A model generated the notes under the pieces. The model was not told the DNA's origin. It was given only the letters and a program-made list of their open reading frames with translations, and did no database searches. A stretch of 64,000 nucleotides of DNA from Phoronis australis. Its lineage: Eukaryota; Animalia; Phoronida. The stretch spans positions 1,698,295 through 1,762,294 of the forward strand of contig NMRA01000017.1 of assembly GCA_002633005.1 (NCBI GenBank). Direction: 5' to 3'. Below are positions 62,786 to 64,000 of this stretch, one piece after another (position 1 is the stretch's first letter; every line of letters begins with the position of its first letter). A program made the translations under genes and the position numbers.

Positions 62786-63263
62786 TAGAAATTAAGCAAG
62801 GAAAACACCCGAGTCCTGGAGATGACTGCTTAATTTCACTTTTCAATTAGAACTGCCAACACTCAGCCGGCCCGCTACACCTGTGAAATACAATGGTAAT
62901 ACACAGGTTATGCGAACCCTATATTTACATAAAAAATCGGTGATAGTCACAACATCCTGGGTGGGGGAATGTACCAACCACCGCTGCTGGAAAGTTTATT
63001 TCAATGCTAGCCTGTTCACATTTTCTGCAACTTTTGTGCATGATCAGACATACCTGCACATTTACTTGCAAACTTCTGATTTCTACCACTGCAGCAAATT
63101 TTGAGGTGTGTCTCTGAAGAAATGTAAAGGCAAGAGTAATTTTTTTGATAAAAGTTTTTAAGGAATATGTCACATATTGTTTGGATATTGTTTCTTAGAT
63201 TTTTTACATGATTTCTTGTAACATTTTTTGGACATTACATTGCTTATCCGTGTTCTTAAACCC

Positions 63264-63369
63264 TTTTTATGCGCCCACATATTTATATGTGGACGCATTA
63301 TGCCGTCATCTCTGTCCGTCCGTCCGGGCGGCGTCCGTCCGGCGTCCGGTGTCCGGCGTCCGGCGTCCG
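63264..63369 (+). mobile_element. HINE family A 5' end running into gap
   Basis: tttttatgcgcccacatatttatatgtggacgcattatgccgtcatctctgtccgtccgtccgg. Confidence 0.8.
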
Positions 63370-63757
63370 NNNNNNNNNNNNNNNNNNNNNNNNNNNNNNN
63401 NNNNNNNNNNNNNNNNNNNNNNNNNNNNNNNNNNNNNNNNNNNNNNNNNNNNNNNNNNNNNNNNNNNNNNNNNNNNNNNNNNNNNNNNNNNNNNNNNNNN
63501 NNNNNNNNNNNNNNNNNNNNNNNNNNNNNNNNNNNNNNNNNNNNNNNNNNNNNNNNNNNNNNNNNNNNNNNNNNNNNNNNNNNNNNNNNNNNNNNNNNNN
63601 NNNNNNNNNNNNNNNNNNNNNNNNNNNNNNNNNNNNNNNNNNNNNNNNNNNNNNNNNNNNNNNNNNNNNNNNNNNNNNNNNNNNNNNNNNNNNNNNNNNN
63701 NNNNNNNNNNNNNNNNNNNNNNNNNNNNNNNNNNNNNNNNNNNNNNNNNNNNNNNNN
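63370..63757. other. Assembly gap (N run)
   Basis: Run of N. Confidence 1.
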
Positions 63758-64000
63758 TACTTTGTGTTACTTCGTGACTATGAAGGAAAAGTTCCAAGTA
63801 GAAATTTGTTTCTGGCATTCTAATGCTGTGCTAATCTCGTATGTTGGTAAATTTGTTTTTAATTCTATGTTTCTGTGGTGCTTTAAGCAACTGGTGTATA
63901 GGATGTGCTTGTATTATGAAGATTACTCACATTTTGCCCCTAGCCTATTGAGGAGACAAGGACCATGCCTTTCCATTTTGCAAAGTACAACATACTACAT

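Overview
Eukaryotic (metazoan, probably marine invertebrate; taxon not determinable here) AT-rich draft-assembly window with three N gaps. Two host genes sit head-to-head, with ATGs about 660 bp apart. ACMSD (minus strand) has 8 coding exons reconstructed here with matching GT-AG phases from 34851 down to 6836; its C-terminal exon(s) were not found and are probably left of the window. An SH3BP5/Sab-family gene (plus strand) has two short coding exons, at 35512-35547 and 60559-60621, separated by a 25-kb intron. Most intronic DNA is layered mobile-element debris: an Academ element with XPG-like relic in a three-level nest, TTAA-flanked Kolobok elements with THAP/KolX relics, hAT-like elements with 5-, 6- and 7-bp TSDs, Helentron/HINE-type elements carrying tandem arrays of CTCF-like motifs, CCGTA-type MITEs, a tRNA-derived SINE, and Penelope, L1/Tx1, CR1/L2-like and BEL/Pao fragments. 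I found no intact novel enzyme system. The strongest leads are the HINE higher-order arrays of CTCF-like sites, an inverted repeat pair bracketing the SH3BP5 microexon, and the well-resolved transposon nests. All family assignments come from recognising motifs by eye, not from database searches.
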